Numbered from the stretch's first letter, positions 1 to 10,557 are shown. The stretch: 64,000 bases of DNA from an uncultured Gemmatimonadales bacterium (GCA_963716255.1 OY970303.1:7552001-7616000); one strand, 5' to 3'. Made by a program: numbers and translations. Notes: generated by a model from the letters alone, not told the origin.

Positions 1-1061
1 ACATCGACACCCTCCCGCAGGCGACCGGCGTGTTCAACGTCATCGCGGCGCTGGGGATCTTCGTGGTGACCTGCCTGCTGGTGGTGGGCATCAAGGAGTC
101 GGCGCGCTTCAACAACGTGGCGGTGGCGATCAAGCTCGCGGTGGTGGCGCTGTTCATCGTGGGCGGCGGCTACTACGTGCTCACCCACATGGACCAGGCG
201 GTCGACAACTGGACGCCGTTCATCCCCACGAGCACGGGTCCGCGCACCTTCGGGTGGGACGGCATCGTGGCCGCGGCGGGCGTGATCTTCTTCGCGTACA
301 TCGGGTTCGACGCGGTGTCCACCACCGCGCAGGAAGCGCGCAACCCGCAGCGCGACATGCCCATCGGCATCCTGGGCTCGCTGGTCATCTGCACCATCCT
401 GTACATCCTGGTGTCCGGCATCATGACCGGCATCGTGGAGTACCCGCGCCTCAACGTGGCCGAGCCCATCGCGGTGGCCATCGAGGCCACGGGGTACGGC
501 TGGATGGCCTCGCTGATCAAGATCGGCGCGATCGCGGGTCTTTCGTCGGTGATGCTGGTGATGCTCATGAGCCAGCCGCGCATCTTCTACACCATGTCGC
601 GTGACGGGCTGCTGCCGCCGGTGTTCAGCCGCCTCCACCCGCGCTTCCGCACGCCTCACATCTCCAGCGCGATGACGGGCACGGTGTGCGCGCTGCTGGC
701 CGGGTTCTACGACGTGTCCACGCTGGGCCACCTGGTGTCCATCGGCACGCTGCTGGCCTTCGCCATCGTCTGCGGCGGCGTGTGGTACCTGCGCGTCAAG
801 GAGCCCAACCGCCCGCGCCCGTTCCGCACGCCCTTCGTGCCGGTGGTGCCCATCCTGGGGATCATCGTGTGCGTGTTCCTGATGTCGCGCCTCCCGGTGG
901 AGGCGTGGGAGCGGCTGATCATCTGGCTGATCCTGGGACTGGCGATCTACTTCTTCTACGGGCGCAAGCACAGCGTTGTGCAGCGCACCGGGCACGAGGC
1001 GCACGGCGGGCTCCAGGAGCCGCCGCGCCCCACGTACACGCACGACAAGAACGACAAGTAG
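1..1061 (+). CDS. APC-superfamily amino acid permease, 5'-truncated by the window edge
   Basis: Frame is open from the window edge. Multiple TM segments, FFAYIGFDAVST and EARNPQRDMPIGI motifs typical of YfnA/cationic amino acid permeases. Confidence 0.9.
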   Translation, partial: IDTLPQATGVFNVIAALGIFVVTCLLVVGIKESARFNNVAVAIKLAVVALFIVGGGYYVLTHMDQAVDNWTPFIPTSTGPRTFGWDGIVAAAGVIFFAYIGFDAVSTTAQEARNPQRDMPIGILGSLVICTILYILVSGIMTGIVEYPRLNVAEPIAVAIEATGYGWMASLIKIGAIAGLSSVMLVMLMSQPRIFYTMSRDGLLPPVFSRLHPRFRTPHISSAMTGTVCALLAGFYDVSTLGHLVSIGTLLAFAIVCGGVWYLRVKEPNRPRPFRTPFVPVVPILGIIVCVFLMSRLPVEAWERLIIWLILGLAIYFFYGRKHSVVQRTGHEAHGGLQEPPRPTYTHDKNDK

Positions 1062-1178
1062 CCGCGCAGCCGCCCCGGGAGGTTCCCGGGGCGGCCGCAC
1101 GACCCGTACGGACGCCCCCTCGCCGGCCCTGCCGGCCCGGTGGGCGTCCCCACATTTCGACCCCCTTCGTCCGCAGTC

Positions 1179-3392
1179 ATGGAACCGATCGTCTATCTGG
1201 CCCCCGCGCTGGGCGTCCTGGCCCTGCTCTACACCGCGTACCGCTCTGCCTGGGTCACGCGCCAGGATCCCGGGAACGAGCGGATGACCACGATCTCCGG
1301 CCACATCGCCGACGGGGCGCTCGCGTTCCTCAAGGCCGAGTACCGGGTGCTCGCGATGTTCGCCCTGATCGCGTGCGCCTTCCTGTACTACATCGGGAGC
1401 AACGACGACCGGTCGAGCCCCCTGATCATCGTCGCCTTCCTGGTGGGGGCCGTCTTTTCGGCGCTCGCCGGCTTCATCGGCATGCGCATCGCCACCAAGG
1501 CGAACGTGCGCACCGCCAACGCGGCCCGCACCTCGCTCTCCCGCGCGCTCGAGGTGTCCTTCGCCGGCGGCTCGGTGATGGGCATGGGCGTCGCCGGCCT
1601 GGCGGTGCTCGGGCTGGGCGGGCTGTTCATCGTCTTCTACAACGTGTTCGTGAACGGCGCCTCCCCCAACGGGATCGAGATGGAGCGCGCGCTGGAGGTG
1701 CTCACCGGCTTCTCGCTGGGCGCCGAGAGCATCGCGCTCTTCGCCCGCGTGGGCGGCGGCATCTACACCAAGGCGGCGGACGTGGGCGCCGACCTGGTGG
1801 GCAAGGTGGAGGCGGGGATCCCCGAGGACGACCCGCGCAACCCTGCCACCATCGCCGACAACGTGGGCGACAACGTGGGCGACGTGGCGGGGATGGGCGC
1901 GGACCTGTTCGGCTCGTACGTGGCGACCATCCTCGCGACCATGGTGCTGGGCCGCGAGGTGGCGGCCGGCGGCGACCGCTTCGGCGGCCTGTCGCCCATC
2001 CTCCTCCCCATGGTGCTGGCGGGGCTGGGGATCGTGTTCTCGCTGATCGGCATCCTGATGGTGCGGGTCAAGGAGGGCGGCAACGTGCAGGGCGCGCTCA
2101 ACCTGGGCAACTGGGTGTCCATCGCGCTCACGGGCGTGGGCGCCTTCTTCCTGATCCCCTGGATGCTCCCCGCGGGCGAGATGACGCTGGGCCGCCTGGG
2201 CTCGCAGTCGTTCGACGCCATGGGGGTGTTCTGGGCGGTGGCGGTGGGGCTGGTGGTGGGGGCGCTGATGAGCCTGATCACCGAGTACTACACGGCCATG
2301 GGCCGGCGCCCGGTCGCCTCCATCGTGCGGCAGTCGTCCACCGGCCACGCCACCAACGTGATCGGCGGGCTGGCGGTGGGGATGGAGTCCACGGCGCTCC
2401 CCATCCTGGTGCTGGCCGGCGGCATCATCCTGTCCTACGAGGCCGCGGGCCTGTACGGCGTCGCCATCGCGGCGGCGGGGATGATGGCGACGACGGCCAT
2501 GCAGCTGGCCATCGACGCCTTCGGGCCCATCGCGGACAACGCGGGCGGCATCGCGGAGATGAGCGAGCTCCCCCCGGAGGTGCGGCAGCGCACCGACATC
2601 CTGGACGCGGTGGGGAACACCACGGCGGCCACGGGCAAGGGCTTCGCCATCGCCTCGGCGGCGCTCACCTCGCTGGCGCTCTTCGCGGCGTTCATGGGGA
2701 TCGCCAACATCGACGCCATCGACATCTCCAACGCGCGGGTGCTGGGCGGCCTGTTCGTGGGGGCGATGATCCCGTTCATCTTCTCGTCGCTGGCGATCGC
2801 GGCGGTGGGCCGCGCGGCGATGGCCATGGTGCACGAGGTGCGGCGCCAGTTCCGGGAGATCCCCGGGATCCTGGAGGGCACGGGCCAGCCGGAGTACGGC
2901 CGCTGCGTGGAGATCTCCACCAACGCGGCCATCCGCGAGATGCTGATCCCCGGCGCCATCGCGCTGGTGGTGCCGGTGCTGGTGGGCTTCACCATGGGGC
3001 CCGAGGTGCTCGGCGGCCTCCTGGCCGGCGTCACCGTGTCGGGCGTGCTGATGGCGATGTTCCAGTCCAACGCGGGCGGGGCCTGGGACAACGCCAAGAA
3101 GTCGTTCGAGAAGGGCGTGGACATCGACGGCACCCTGGTCTTCAAGGGCTCGGACGCCCACAAGGCGGCGGTGACCGGCGACACGGTGGGCGACCCGTTC
3201 AAGGACACTTCGGGTCCGTCGATGAACATCCTGATCAAGCTGATGTCCATCGTCGCCCTGGTGATCGCCCCGCACATCGCCGCGGAGCCGCGCGCCGACC
3301 GCGACCTGGACCGCACCAACCCCGAGGTCACGCAGCCGATCTCGCAGGCCGCTCCGGCGGCCGCGCAGACGGCGCCCGTGGCCGTCCGGTAA
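1179..3392 (+). CDS. hppA: Membrane-bound ion-translocating pyrophosphatase, K+-dependent type
   Basis: [29 protein letters not shown] and [10 protein letters not shown] motifs. GNTTAA (Ala, not Lys) marks the K+-dependent clade. ATG at 1179 chosen as start. Confidence 0.95.
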   Translation: MEPIVYLAPALGVLALLYTAYRSAWVTRQDPGNERMTTISGHIADGALAFLKAEYRVLAMFALIACAFLYYIGSNDDRSSPLIIVAFLVGAVFSALAGFIGMRIATKANVRTANAARTSLSRALEVSFAGGSVMGMGVAGLAVLGLGGLFIVFYNVFVNGASPNGIEMERALEVLTGFSLGAESIALFARVGGGIYTKAADVGADLVGKVEAGIPEDDPRNPATIADNVGDNVGDVAGMGADLFGSYVATILATMVLGREVAAGGDRFGGLSPILLPMVLAGLGIVFSLIGILMVRVKEGGNVQGALNLGNWVSIALTGVGAFFLIPWMLPAGEMTLGRLGSQSFDAMGVFWAVAVGLVVGALMSLITEYYTAMGRRPVASIVRQSSTGHATNVIGGLAVGMESTALPILVLAGGIILSYEAAGLYGVAIAAAGMMATTAMQLAIDAFGPIADNAGGIAEMSELPPEVRQRTDILDAVGNTTAATGKGFAIASAALTSLALFAAFMGIANIDAIDISNARVLGGLFVGAMIPFIFSSLAIAAVGRAAMAMVHEVRRQFREIPGILEGTGQPEYGRCVEISTNAAIREMLIPGAIALVVPVLVGFTMGPEVLGGLLAGVTVSGVLMAMFQSNAGGAWDNAKKSFEKGVDIDGTLVFKGSDAHKAAVTGDTVGDPFKDTSGPSMNILIKLMSIVALVIAPHIAAEPRADRDLDRTNPEVTQPISQAAPAAAQTAPVAVR

Positions 3393-3415
3393 GCCGCTCC
3401 GGCTCGACCGAAAGA

Positions 3416-3449
3416 CAGCAGGGCCCGGCCGAATGGCCGGGCCCTGCTG
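3416..3449 (+). terminator. GC hairpin after hppA, probable terminator
   Basis: cagcagggcccggcc-gaat-ggccgggccctgctg, a perfect 15-bp stem; U-tail is weak. Confidence 0.55.
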
Positions 3450-3513
3450 CCGTTCCGGGGGTGCGCTCCGGTGGGCTCCGGGGTTGGGGTCGGCCGGGGG
3501 GTGGGGGCCCCAG

Positions 3514-3662
3514 CGGACGCCAGCGCGAACCCCGCGTGAGGGATTTCGGCCCGAAGGGGCGAGACCCGCGGGCAGTTTCGCGGGGCTCGACTCCGTTGGG
3601 CTGCGTCGTTTGAAGCCCTACGGAGCCGAAGCCCGACCCCTGCGCCAGCCGGGGGCACGCCC
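3514..3662 (+). repeat. Structured intergenic repeat family A, copy 1
   Basis: tgagggatttcggcccgaaggggcgagac...gctcgactccgtt-[7-bp stem/7-nt loop]-tacggagccgaagcccgacccc...ggggcacgccc. Confidence 0.95.
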
Positions 3663-3762
3663 AAATCCGCAGTTCCTGCTGTACCCCGCTCCTTGCGTCG
3701 GACCGGTGGCGCGCGCAAACTCCAGGCAGCTTCCACTCACCCCACCCCCCTCCGGAGCCTTC

Positions 3763-5244
3763 ATGTCCACAGTCGTCGACGCGTCTCCCCCCGCGGACAC
3801 CTCCTCCGAGTCCGAGTTCAGGCGCGGCCTCTCGCTCCTGGACGCCACCATGCTGGTGGTGGGCTCCATGATCGGCTCCGGCATCTTCATCGTCTCGGCG
3901 GACATCTCACGGCAGATGAACTCGCCGGGCGGGCTGCTGGCGGTGTGGGTGATCACCGGGCTGATCACCGTGGCGGGCGCGCTGTCGTACGGCGAGCTGG
4001 CGGCGGCCATGCCCAGGGCGGGCGGGCAGTACGTGTTCCTGCGCGAGGGGCTGGGCCACCTCCCCGGCTTCCTGTACGGGTGGACGCTGTTCATGGTGAT
4101 CCAGACGGGCACCATCGCGGCGGTAGCGGTAGCGTTCGCGCGCTTCCTGGGGGTGTTCTTCCCGGCGGTGTCGCCGGACCTGTTCGCGTCCTTCGGCAAG
4201 GTGCCCGTCCCCGGCGGCGAGATCGAGCTGGGGCTGTCGCCGCAGCGGGTGGTGGGGATCGCGGTGATCGCGCTGCTCACGCTCGTGAACATGCGCGGCC
4301 TGCGCGAGGCCAAGTGGATCCAGAACATCTTCACCTTCGCGAAGACGGCGGCGCTGCTGGGGCTGATCGTGCTGGGCATCACCATCGGGCGGAACGCGGA
4401 CGCGATCGCGCTCAACTTCAGCCACATGTTCTCCGACACCACCTCGGGCCCGCAGGCGACGAGCTTCCTGGGGCTGGACGTGGCGCTCCCCGCGGTGGCG
4501 CTCGCCTTCGGGGCGGCGATGGTGGGGTCGCTGTTCTCGTCGGACGCGTGGAACAACGTGACCTTCGCGGCGGCCGAGGTGCGGCGCCCCGAGCGCAACC
4601 TGCCGCTGGCGCTGGCGATGGGGACGGGGCTGGTGACGCTGCTCTACGTGCTGGCGAACGTGGCGTACCTGATGGTGCTGCCGCTTTCCGCCATCCAGAA
4701 CGCCCCGCAGGACCGGGTGGGGACGCTGGCCATGCAGGAGATGTTCGGGCCGGTGGGGCAGTACCTCATGGCCGGGGCGATCCTGGTGTCCACCTTCGGC
4801 TGCATCAACGGGCTGATCCTGGCGGGGGCGCGGGTGTACTACGCCATGGCCCGCGACGGCCTCTTCTTCGAGCGCGCCGGCCGCCTCTCGCCCAACACGC
4901 GGGTGCCGGTCTGGGCGCTGGCGGTGCAGGGGGTGTGGACGGCGTTCCTGACGCTCACCGGCTCGTACGGGCAGCTGCTGGACTACGTCATCTTCGCGGC
5001 GCTGCTCTTCTACGTGCTCACCATGGTGGCGCTCTTCTCGCTGCGCCGGAAGCAGCCGGACCTGCCGCGGCCGTACCGGGCGTTCGGCTACCCGGTGGTG
5101 CCGGGGCTGTACATGCTGTCGGCGCTCGCCATCGCGGTGCTGCTGCTGGTGGCCAAGCCGGAGTACACGTTCTCCGGGCTGTTCATCGTGCTGCTGGGGA
5201 TCCCCGTGTACTACCTGTGGCGGCGGGGGCATGGGATGTCGTAG
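3763..5244 (+). CDS. APC-family amino acid permease
   Basis: GSMIGSGIF TM1 motif, YGELAAAMPRAGG, about 12 TM segments; ggag RBS before ATG 3763. Confidence 0.92.
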   Translation: MSTVVDASPPADTSSESEFRRGLSLLDATMLVVGSMIGSGIFIVSADISRQMNSPGGLLAVWVITGLITVAGALSYGELAAAMPRAGGQYVFLREGLGHLPGFLYGWTLFMVIQTGTIAAVAVAFARFLGVFFPAVSPDLFASFGKVPVPGGEIELGLSPQRVVGIAVIALLTLVNMRGLREAKWIQNIFTFAKTAALLGLIVLGITIGRNADAIALNFSHMFSDTTSGPQATSFLGLDVALPAVALAFGAAMVGSLFSSDAWNNVTFAAAEVRRPERNLPLALAMGTGLVTLLYVLANVAYLMVLPLSAIQNAPQDRVGTLAMQEMFGPVGQYLMAGAILVSTFGCINGLILAGARVYYAMARDGLFFERAGRLSPNTRVPVWALAVQGVWTAFLTLTGSYGQLLDYVIFAALLFYVLTMVALFSLRRKQPDLPRPYRAFGYPVVPGLYMLSALAIAVLLLVAKPEYTFSGLFIVLLGIPVYYLWRRGHGMS

Positions 5245-5330
5245 GCGGTTCCTGGTCCGATGGTTTTTGCGGCGGCTCGTCCCCGGGATCTTCGTGGTCC
5301 CGGGGGCGAACTGCGTTTTACGGCGGGGTC

Positions 5331-5483
5331 GGGCGTGCCCCCGGCTGGCGCCGGTGTCGGGCTTCGGCTCCGTAGGGCTGCAAACAACGCAGCCCAACGG
5401 AGTCGAGCCCCGGCGGAAACAGCCCCGCCGGGTCTCGACCCTTCGGGCCGAAATCCCTCACGCGGGGCTCGCGCTGGCGTCCG
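5331..5483 (-). repeat. Repeat family A, copy 2, followed by a B-type hairpin to about 5570
   Basis: Reverse complement of the family A consensus. Confidence 0.95.
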
Positions 5484-5671
5484 CGGGAGGCCCCCACCCG
5501 GCGGCCTGAGAGCCGCACGGCTCGCCCCCTATCTCCCCACGTTCCGGGGGAGGGGGCCGGGGGGTAAGGGGTAGATCTACGCTCCGGCCTGCCGGCGGCC
5601 GGAGTGTTTCTTGCTGCCGGCTCCACCCGCGCGGGCGGGCGGAGAGAACCCGAAAATCGTGAGGTGAGCCG

Positions 5672-5866
5672 ATGGCGGAGACCAGCGTGCGGCGGCGACC
5701 GGTGGTGTGGCCCTGGGTGGTGGGACTGACGTTGACGGCGGTCCTGGTCTGGCTTCTGTCCGAGCGTTTCGTGGTGCCCAGCATGGGCACGGAGAATGGT
5801 CCCGCGGAGCAGGCGAAGACTCCGCCCGTCACCGCCCCGGCGTCCGGACCGGTCCACATGGCATAG
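5672..5866 (+). CDS. Small single-TM hypothetical protein
   Basis: gaggtga RBS; basic N-terminus followed by hydrophobic VVWPWVVGLTLTAVLVWLL. Confidence 0.55.
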   Translation: MAETSVRRRPVVWPWVVGLTLTAVLVWLLSERFVVPSMGTENGPAEQAKTPPVTAPASGPVHMA

Positions 5867-6157
5867 GGCCGGGTGGAGGTGTCGGGGCGCTCCCCACACG
5901 CCCCGCGGTGACGGCATGCGCCGCCTCGTAGCCTGACCGGGAGGCACGGGCGGGCGGGGCGCCGCGTACCCCGTGCTCCACGGCGTCCGACCGTGGGGAA
6001 ATCCCCCGCCGCACGTTCCGCCATCGCCTTACCGGCCTCTCGGCGCCGCCCCGACAGAGCCCGCCCCACACACCCCGTAGCTTTGTCGTCGACGCTGCCG
6101 GCCGCACTGCGCTTCCCGCGGTCCACCGGCGGCCGGTCCCCAACCGACGAAGCCACG

Positions 6158-7273
6158 ATGAGCAACTCCGCGAACCAGGAATCGCCGATCCCGAGCAGGG
6201 CTTCCCGCCGCGACTTCCTGCGCGTCTCCGCGCTGGGGCTCGCGGTCCCGGCGCTTGCCGCGTGCAATCCCGGCAAGGCCGGGAAGCAGGCCGGCGGGGC
6301 CGCCGCAGCGGCCCCCGCCGGCGCCGCCACGCATGCCGACAGCAACCACAGCGGCGGCACGATGGCCGCGAACCCCAGGACGCCCGCGGAGATCCGCGCC
6401 GCGGCGGACGAGATGGACCGCATGCACGAGGTGGGCGTCAAGGCGTTCCCCGCCAAGACGGCCAAGAAGGGCAACCAGCCCATGCAGCCGCGCCTGGAGA
6501 ACGGCGTCAAGGTGTACGAGCTCGTCGCCCGCAGGCAGCAGTGGGAAACCAGGCCCGGCACCACGGTGGAGGCGTGGGCGTACAACGACCAGGTCCCCGG
6601 CCCGCAGATCCGCGTCCGCGAGGGCGACCGGGTGCGCGTGGTGCTCAGGAACGAGCTGGAGCAGTCCACCGCCGTTCACTTCCACGGGCTGGAGCTCCCC
6701 AACGACATGGACGGCGTGCCGTTCATCACCCAGCCGCCGGTGAAGCCGGGCGAGTCGTACACGTACGAGTTCACCGTCCCCGCGGGGAACGCCGGCTCGC
6801 ACATGTACCACTCGCACCACAACGCCGCCGAGCAGGTGGGGAAGGGGCTGCTGGGCGCCTTCATCGTGGAGCCGCGGAGCCCGCGCGCCATCGAGAGGGT
6901 GGACGTGGACTACGTCATGATCCTCAACGACGGCTTCCACGGCTACACGCTGAACGGCAAGGAATTCCCGGCCACCGAGCCCATCGTGGCCAGGATGGGG
7001 CAGAAGGTGCGCATCCGCTTCATGAACGAGGGGATGATGATCCACCCCATGCACCTGCATGGCATGCACATGACCGTGATCGACAAGGACGGCTGGCCGC
7101 AGCCGGCGCCGTGGCGCTGCGACACCCTGAACGTGGCCCCGGGCGAGCGCTGGGACGTGATCGTCAACTGCAACAACCCGGGGGTGTGGGCGTTCCACTG
7201 CCACATCCTGCCGCACGCGGAGTCGGCGCACGGGATGTTCGGCATGGTCACCGCGCTGATCGTCGAGAAGTAA
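6158..7273 (+). CDS. Tat-exported two-domain multicopper oxidase (small-laccase-like), probable lipoprotein
   Basis: SRRDFL twin-arginine signal with LAAC lipobox; Cu motifs HFHG, YHSHH, HPMHLHG and HCHILPHxxxxxGM. Confidence 0.9.
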   Translation: MSNSANQESPIPSRASRRDFLRVSALGLAVPALAACNPGKAGKQAGGAAAAAPAGAATHADSNHSGGTMAANPRTPAEIRAAADEMDRMHEVGVKAFPAKTAKKGNQPMQPRLENGVKVYELVARRQQWETRPGTTVEAWAYNDQVPGPQIRVREGDRVRVVLRNELEQSTAVHFHGLELPNDMDGVPFITQPPVKPGESYTYEFTVPAGNAGSHMYHSHHNAAEQVGKGLLGAFIVEPRSPRAIERVDVDYVMILNDGFHGYTLNGKEFPATEPIVARMGQKVRIRFMNEGMMIHPMHLHGMHMTVIDKDGWPQPAPWRCDTLNVAPGERWDVIVNCNNPGVWAFHCHILPHAESAHGMFGMVTALIVEK

Positions 7274-7300
7274 GGTCGTTTCGGGTGAGCGTGTCTGGCG

Positions 7301-7464
7301 GGGCCGCTCCGGAGACCGGCGGAAACTGCCCCGCCGGTCTCCTGCGCGGGTCGCGGAGCCAGCCGAAACTGCCCGGCCGTCTCCGCTCCGGCTGCGGGAG
7401 CCCCGCCAAACAGCCGGCGGGTCTCCCTCCGCAGAAAGTTTGGGGGGTACTGTGGAACGGCAAC
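7301..7464 (+). repeat. Repeat family C, copy 1 (three tandem GAGMC-stem-AAACWGCC-stem-GTCTC hairpins)
   Basis: gggccgctccg...ggaacggcaac ends shared with copies at 27850, 40752 and 57398. Confidence 0.85.
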
Positions 7465-7545
7465 TGCGCCGCCCCGCACTTTCGCGCTCTTCCCCGCGCC
7501 CCCAAGTTTCCCCGCCGCCACCCTCCACCCGCGGGGAAGATCGAC

Positions 7546-8340
7546 ATGAGCCACGCCTCCGACACCTGGGCCTCGCTCGCCGCCGTGCGGCGGGGGGCGC
7601 CGCTGGTGCACAGCATCACCAACTACGTGTCCATGGATGTCACCGCCAACGCGCTCCTCGCGCTGGGCGCGTCGCCGGCCATGGTGCACGCCGTGGAGGA
7701 GGTGGAGGACTTCGTGTCCATCGCCTCCGCGCTGGTGGTCAACATCGGCACGCTGTCGCCCGCGTGGGTGACGGCCATGGAGCGCGCCGCCGACGGGGCG
7801 CGCGAGCGCGGAAAGCCGTGGGTGCTGGACCCGGTGGGCGCCGGGGCGACGCCCTACCGTACCGGCGTCGCGCGCGCCCTGGCGCGGCGCGGGCCCACCG
7901 TCGTCCGCGGCAACGCGTCGGAGATCCTGGCGCTGGTGGAGGAGGGCAGGGCGGGGAAGGGCGTGGATAGCGCCCACGCCTCCGACGAGGCGAGGGAGGT
8001 GGCCGCCGGCCTGGCACGGGAGCTGGGGTGCGTGGTCGCCGTCACCGGCGCGACCGACTACGTCACCGACGGCTCCGCCGTGCTCGCCGTCGCCAACGGC
8101 CACGCCATGATGACCCGCGTCACCGCGCTGGGGTGCACCGCCAGCGCCTTCGTGGCCGCCTTCGCCGCCGTGGTCCCCGACCCGCTCCGCGCCACCGCCC
8201 ACGCCCTGGCCGTGCTGGGCCTGTGCGGCGAGATCGCCGCGCGCGAGTCCCCCGGCCCCGGCACCCTGCGCTGGCGCATCCTCGACGCCCTCCACCAGCT
8301 CGACGAGCCCGCCGTCCTGGAGGGCGTCCGCATCACCTGA
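7546..8340 (+). CDS. thiM: Hydroxyethylthiazole kinase
   Basis: PLVHSITNYV, ANALLALGASPAM, NIGTL, VLDPVG, RGNASEI and GKGVDS motifs. Confidence 0.95.
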   Translation: MSHASDTWASLAAVRRGAPLVHSITNYVSMDVTANALLALGASPAMVHAVEEVEDFVSIASALVVNIGTLSPAWVTAMERAADGARERGKPWVLDPVGAGATPYRTGVARALARRGPTVVRGNASEILALVEEGRAGKGVDSAHASDEAREVAAGLARELGCVVAVTGATDYVTDGSAVLAVANGHAMMTRVTALGCTASAFVAAFAAVVPDPLRATAHALAVLGLCGEIAARESPGPGTLRWRILDALHQLDEPAVLEGVRIT

Positions 8341-8424
8341 AAGCGGCGGGGGCGGCATCCACCCGAACGCCGCCCCCGCGCTGCCCGCCGTTTCCGTTGC
8401 AGGCTGTTCCCTGTTCCCTGTCCC

Positions 8425-9819
8425 CTATCCTTCCATCTCCGCCGCGATCTCCCCGCCCAGCAGGATCACAAGCGAGGTCACGTACATCCACAGCAGCAGC
8501 ACGATGAACGCGCCGATGAAGCCGTAGGTGGCGCTGTACGAGCTGAAGTTGGCCACGTACAGGCGGAAGGCGAAGGTCGCCAGCAGCCACAGCGCCGCCG
8601 CGACCGCCGAGGCCTTGAACAGCGTCTTCTTGCAGTCCGACTGGTCCTTGCTGGGAAGCACGTAGTAGATGATCCAGAACGCGGAGGCGATCAGCAGGAA
8701 GGCGAGCGGCCACTGCGCCACGGCCCACACCGCGCGCCCCACGCCCCCCAGCCCCACCGCATCCGAGATCCCCGGCCCGGCCAGAAGCGCCGCGCTCCCC
8801 GCCAGGAAAAGCACCGCCACGGCCAGCAGCACGCCCAGGGCGATCAGCTTCTTCTTCAGCCACCCCCGCGTCTCCTCCACGCCGTAGGCCACGTTCAGCG
8901 TATCCTCCATGGAGTTGAACACGTTGGACGCCGACCACAGCGCCAGCAGCAGCCCCACCGACAGCAGCCCGGGCTTCTGCTCCAGCACCACCTGGCTCAC
9001 GAAGTCGCTCACCAGGCCGGCCGCTTCCGCCGGGAGGGCGCTCTGCAGGCGGGTGCTCACCGTGTTCGCGAACTCCGGCCCGCCGAAGATGCCGGTCATC
9101 GCGAACACCGCCATGAGCGCGGGCGGCAGCGACATGAAGAAGTAGTACGCCACCTTGGCCGCCTGGCCGGCGATGCCGTCCTTCTTGAACTCCGCCCACA
9201 CCCGCTTGGGCAGGCTCCCCCCGGACGCGGCCGGCGCCGCGGCGCGCGTGGTCGATCCGTGAACGTCCGCGCCGCGCCTTTCCCCGGGGGCCGAGCGGGG
9301 ACGTCCGGCCGCCATCGTGGGCGCGGCCACCGGGCCGCCGTGGCCGCCGGCGCTCGAAGCGTCGTCGCCAGCGCGGCCGGAGAGCGCGGCGCGCAGCTCC
9401 GCCGCCTCGCCCTGCGCCCAGGCCTGCGTGTCGCGCAGCGTCGCCACGGTTTCCTGGGGGGCCATCCGCACGGTGCGCAGGTGGCGCAGCGCGCGCAGCG
9501 CCATGAACGCCCCCACCGCCACGAAGAGCAGCCCCACGATGAGCGCCGCCAGCCAGTAGTTGTCCAGCAGGTCGCCCAGCCCCGCCACCAGGAACGCCAC
9601 CATCACCAGCCCGCCCAGCGCGGCCACCACCCCCCACACGGCCATGCTTCCCACGTCCTGGGCGAGCGCCCCCACGTTGCGGCGCATCTCCGTCTTGGCG
9701 AGCGACACCTCCTGCCGGATCAGGACCGACGCGTCCGCGCTCAGGTCGCGGAAGAGCGAGCCCAGCGAGCGGCCCTCGCCGCCGTCCGGCGCGGCGTCGT
9801 CTACGTCGAAGCGGCGCAT
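8425..9819 (-). CDS. YihY/BrkB-family membrane protein fused to an N-terminal phage-holin-like (DUF1469-type) domain
   Basis: N-terminal SLGSLFRDLSADASVLIRQEVSLAKTE and APQETVATLR; C-terminal AYYFFMSLPP, LNVAYG, YSATYG and LLGGEI. Confidence 0.8.
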   Translation of the reverse strand: MRRFDVDDAAPDGGEGRSLGSLFRDLSADASVLIRQEVSLAKTEMRRNVGALAQDVGSMAVWGVVAALGGLVMVAFLVAGLGDLLDNYWLAALIVGLLFVAVGAFMALRALRHLRTVRMAPQETVATLRDTQAWAQGEAAELRAALSGRAGDDASSAGGHGGPVAAPTMAAGRPRSAPGERRGADVHGSTTRAAAPAASGGSLPKRVWAEFKKDGIAGQAAKVAYYFFMSLPPALMAVFAMTGIFGGPEFANTVSTRLQSALPAEAAGLVSDFVSQVVLEQKPGLLSVGLLLALWSASNVFNSMEDTLNVAYGVEETRGWLKKKLIALGVLLAVAVLFLAGSAALLAGPGISDAVGLGGVGRAVWAVAQWPLAFLLIASAFWIIYYVLPSKDQSDCKKTLFKASAVAAALWLLATFAFRLYVANFSSYSATYGFIGAFIVLLLWMYVTSLVILLGGEIAAEMEG

Positions 9820-9961
9820 GGTTCCAGGGGTGCGCGGGTGGCGGTGCAAACACACTTTTCCGGGGGCGGAATTCGCAAGATCCTTGCCCCGCCCGTCGTG
9901 CGCGGCCTACCTTGCGCCGGGGGCGGGTTTTTCGGACGGACTGCGACGGACGGGGACGGCC

Positions 9962-10453
9962 ATGCGGAGGGAGTCTCACCAGGCGGCGGGGGTCGTGGTG
10001 TACCGCGACGGCGAGGGCGGACGCACCTTTCTCCTCCTCCGCTCCCGCGTCACGCGGACCCCCATGTGGGAGTTCCCCAAGGGTGGGGTGGAGGAGGGCG
10101 AGACGGAGCGCGAGGCCGCCGAGCGGGAGCTTCGCGAGGAGACCGGGCTGGCGGCGGACGACGTGGAGGTGAGCGAGGGGTTCGTAGCCGAGGAGCGCTA
10201 CTTCTTCACGCTGGGCCAGGCCGGCGCGCGCCGCCTGGTGGTGAAGCGGGTCACCTACTACCTGGCCCGCGCCCTGGTGGACCGCGTACGCATCTCCCAC
10301 GAGGCGAGCGACTTCCGCTGGCTCCCCTACACCGAGGCGCGGCGCCTGGTGCGCTTCCGCGCCAAGCAGGATGTGCTTGCCCGCGCCGAGGCGTGGCTGG
10401 CGGAACGGGGAATGGAAGTGCGAAAGTGCGAAAGTGCGAAAGTGCGGGAGTGA
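9962..10453 (+). CDS. NUDIX hydrolase (Ap4A-hydrolase-like)
   Basis: WEFPKGGVEEGETEREAAERELREETG Nudix box and the ISHE motif. Confidence 0.9.
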   Translation: MRRESHQAAGVVVYRDGEGGRTFLLLRSRVTRTPMWEFPKGGVEEGETEREAAERELREETGLAADDVEVSEGFVAEERYFFTLGQAGARRLVVKRVTYYLARALVDRVRISHEASDFRWLPYTEARRLVRFRAKQDVLARAEAWLAERGMEVRKCESAKVRE

Positions 10454-10500
10454 TCATCCGGTGCACGCATAGCGTGCGGCGGCACGAAGTACGAAGTACG
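10416..10500 (+). repeat. Short tandem repeats: (aagtgcga) x about 4 and (gtacgaa)-like x about 3
   Basis: Directly visible; the first run overlaps the NUDIX 3' end. Confidence 0.8.
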
Positions 10501-10540
10501 GGAAAGCCCCTCCGGCCACGACGGCCGGAGGGGCTTTTCC
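10501..10540. terminator. Probable bidirectional intrinsic terminator between convergent genes
   Basis: gaaagcccctccggcc-acgac-ggccggaggggcttttc. Confidence 0.8.
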
Positions 10541-10557
10541 GTTCGCGTGCGTGCGGC

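Noticed and set aside
686..3613. Very long alternative-frame ORFs (e.g. 686-3613, 9259-12183, 38880-42953, 42506-45529, 44374-47832)
   Set aside because: Arg/Gly/Pro/Ala-rich shadow frames of real genes, expected in high-GC DNA with few stop codons; no domain motifs.
3433..3762. N-terminal extensions sharing peptides such as [11 protein letters not shown] or [11 protein letters not shown] in many ORFs
   Set aside because: These are translations of repeat family A in different frames, not a protein domain. True starts lie downstream with their own RBS.
5371..5400. Canonical GTAG-type REP within family A (cGTAGggctgc... on the opposite strand)
   Set aside because: The fourth base varies with the stem (GTAA in copies 4 and 9), so GTAG is not invariant, and no RAYT gene is present in the window. 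Not excluded, but unsupported.
7301..7545. TPP riboswitch upstream of thiM (and upstream of thiG at 40752-40914)
   Set aside because: No CUGAGA/ACCUG core. The structured sequence is repeat family C, which has opposite orientations at the two thi genes and also occurs beside unrelated genes.
8425..9819. Prophage, suggested by the holin-like domain
   Set aside because: No phage structural, lysis or integrase genes nearby; this domain family is common in non-phage contexts.
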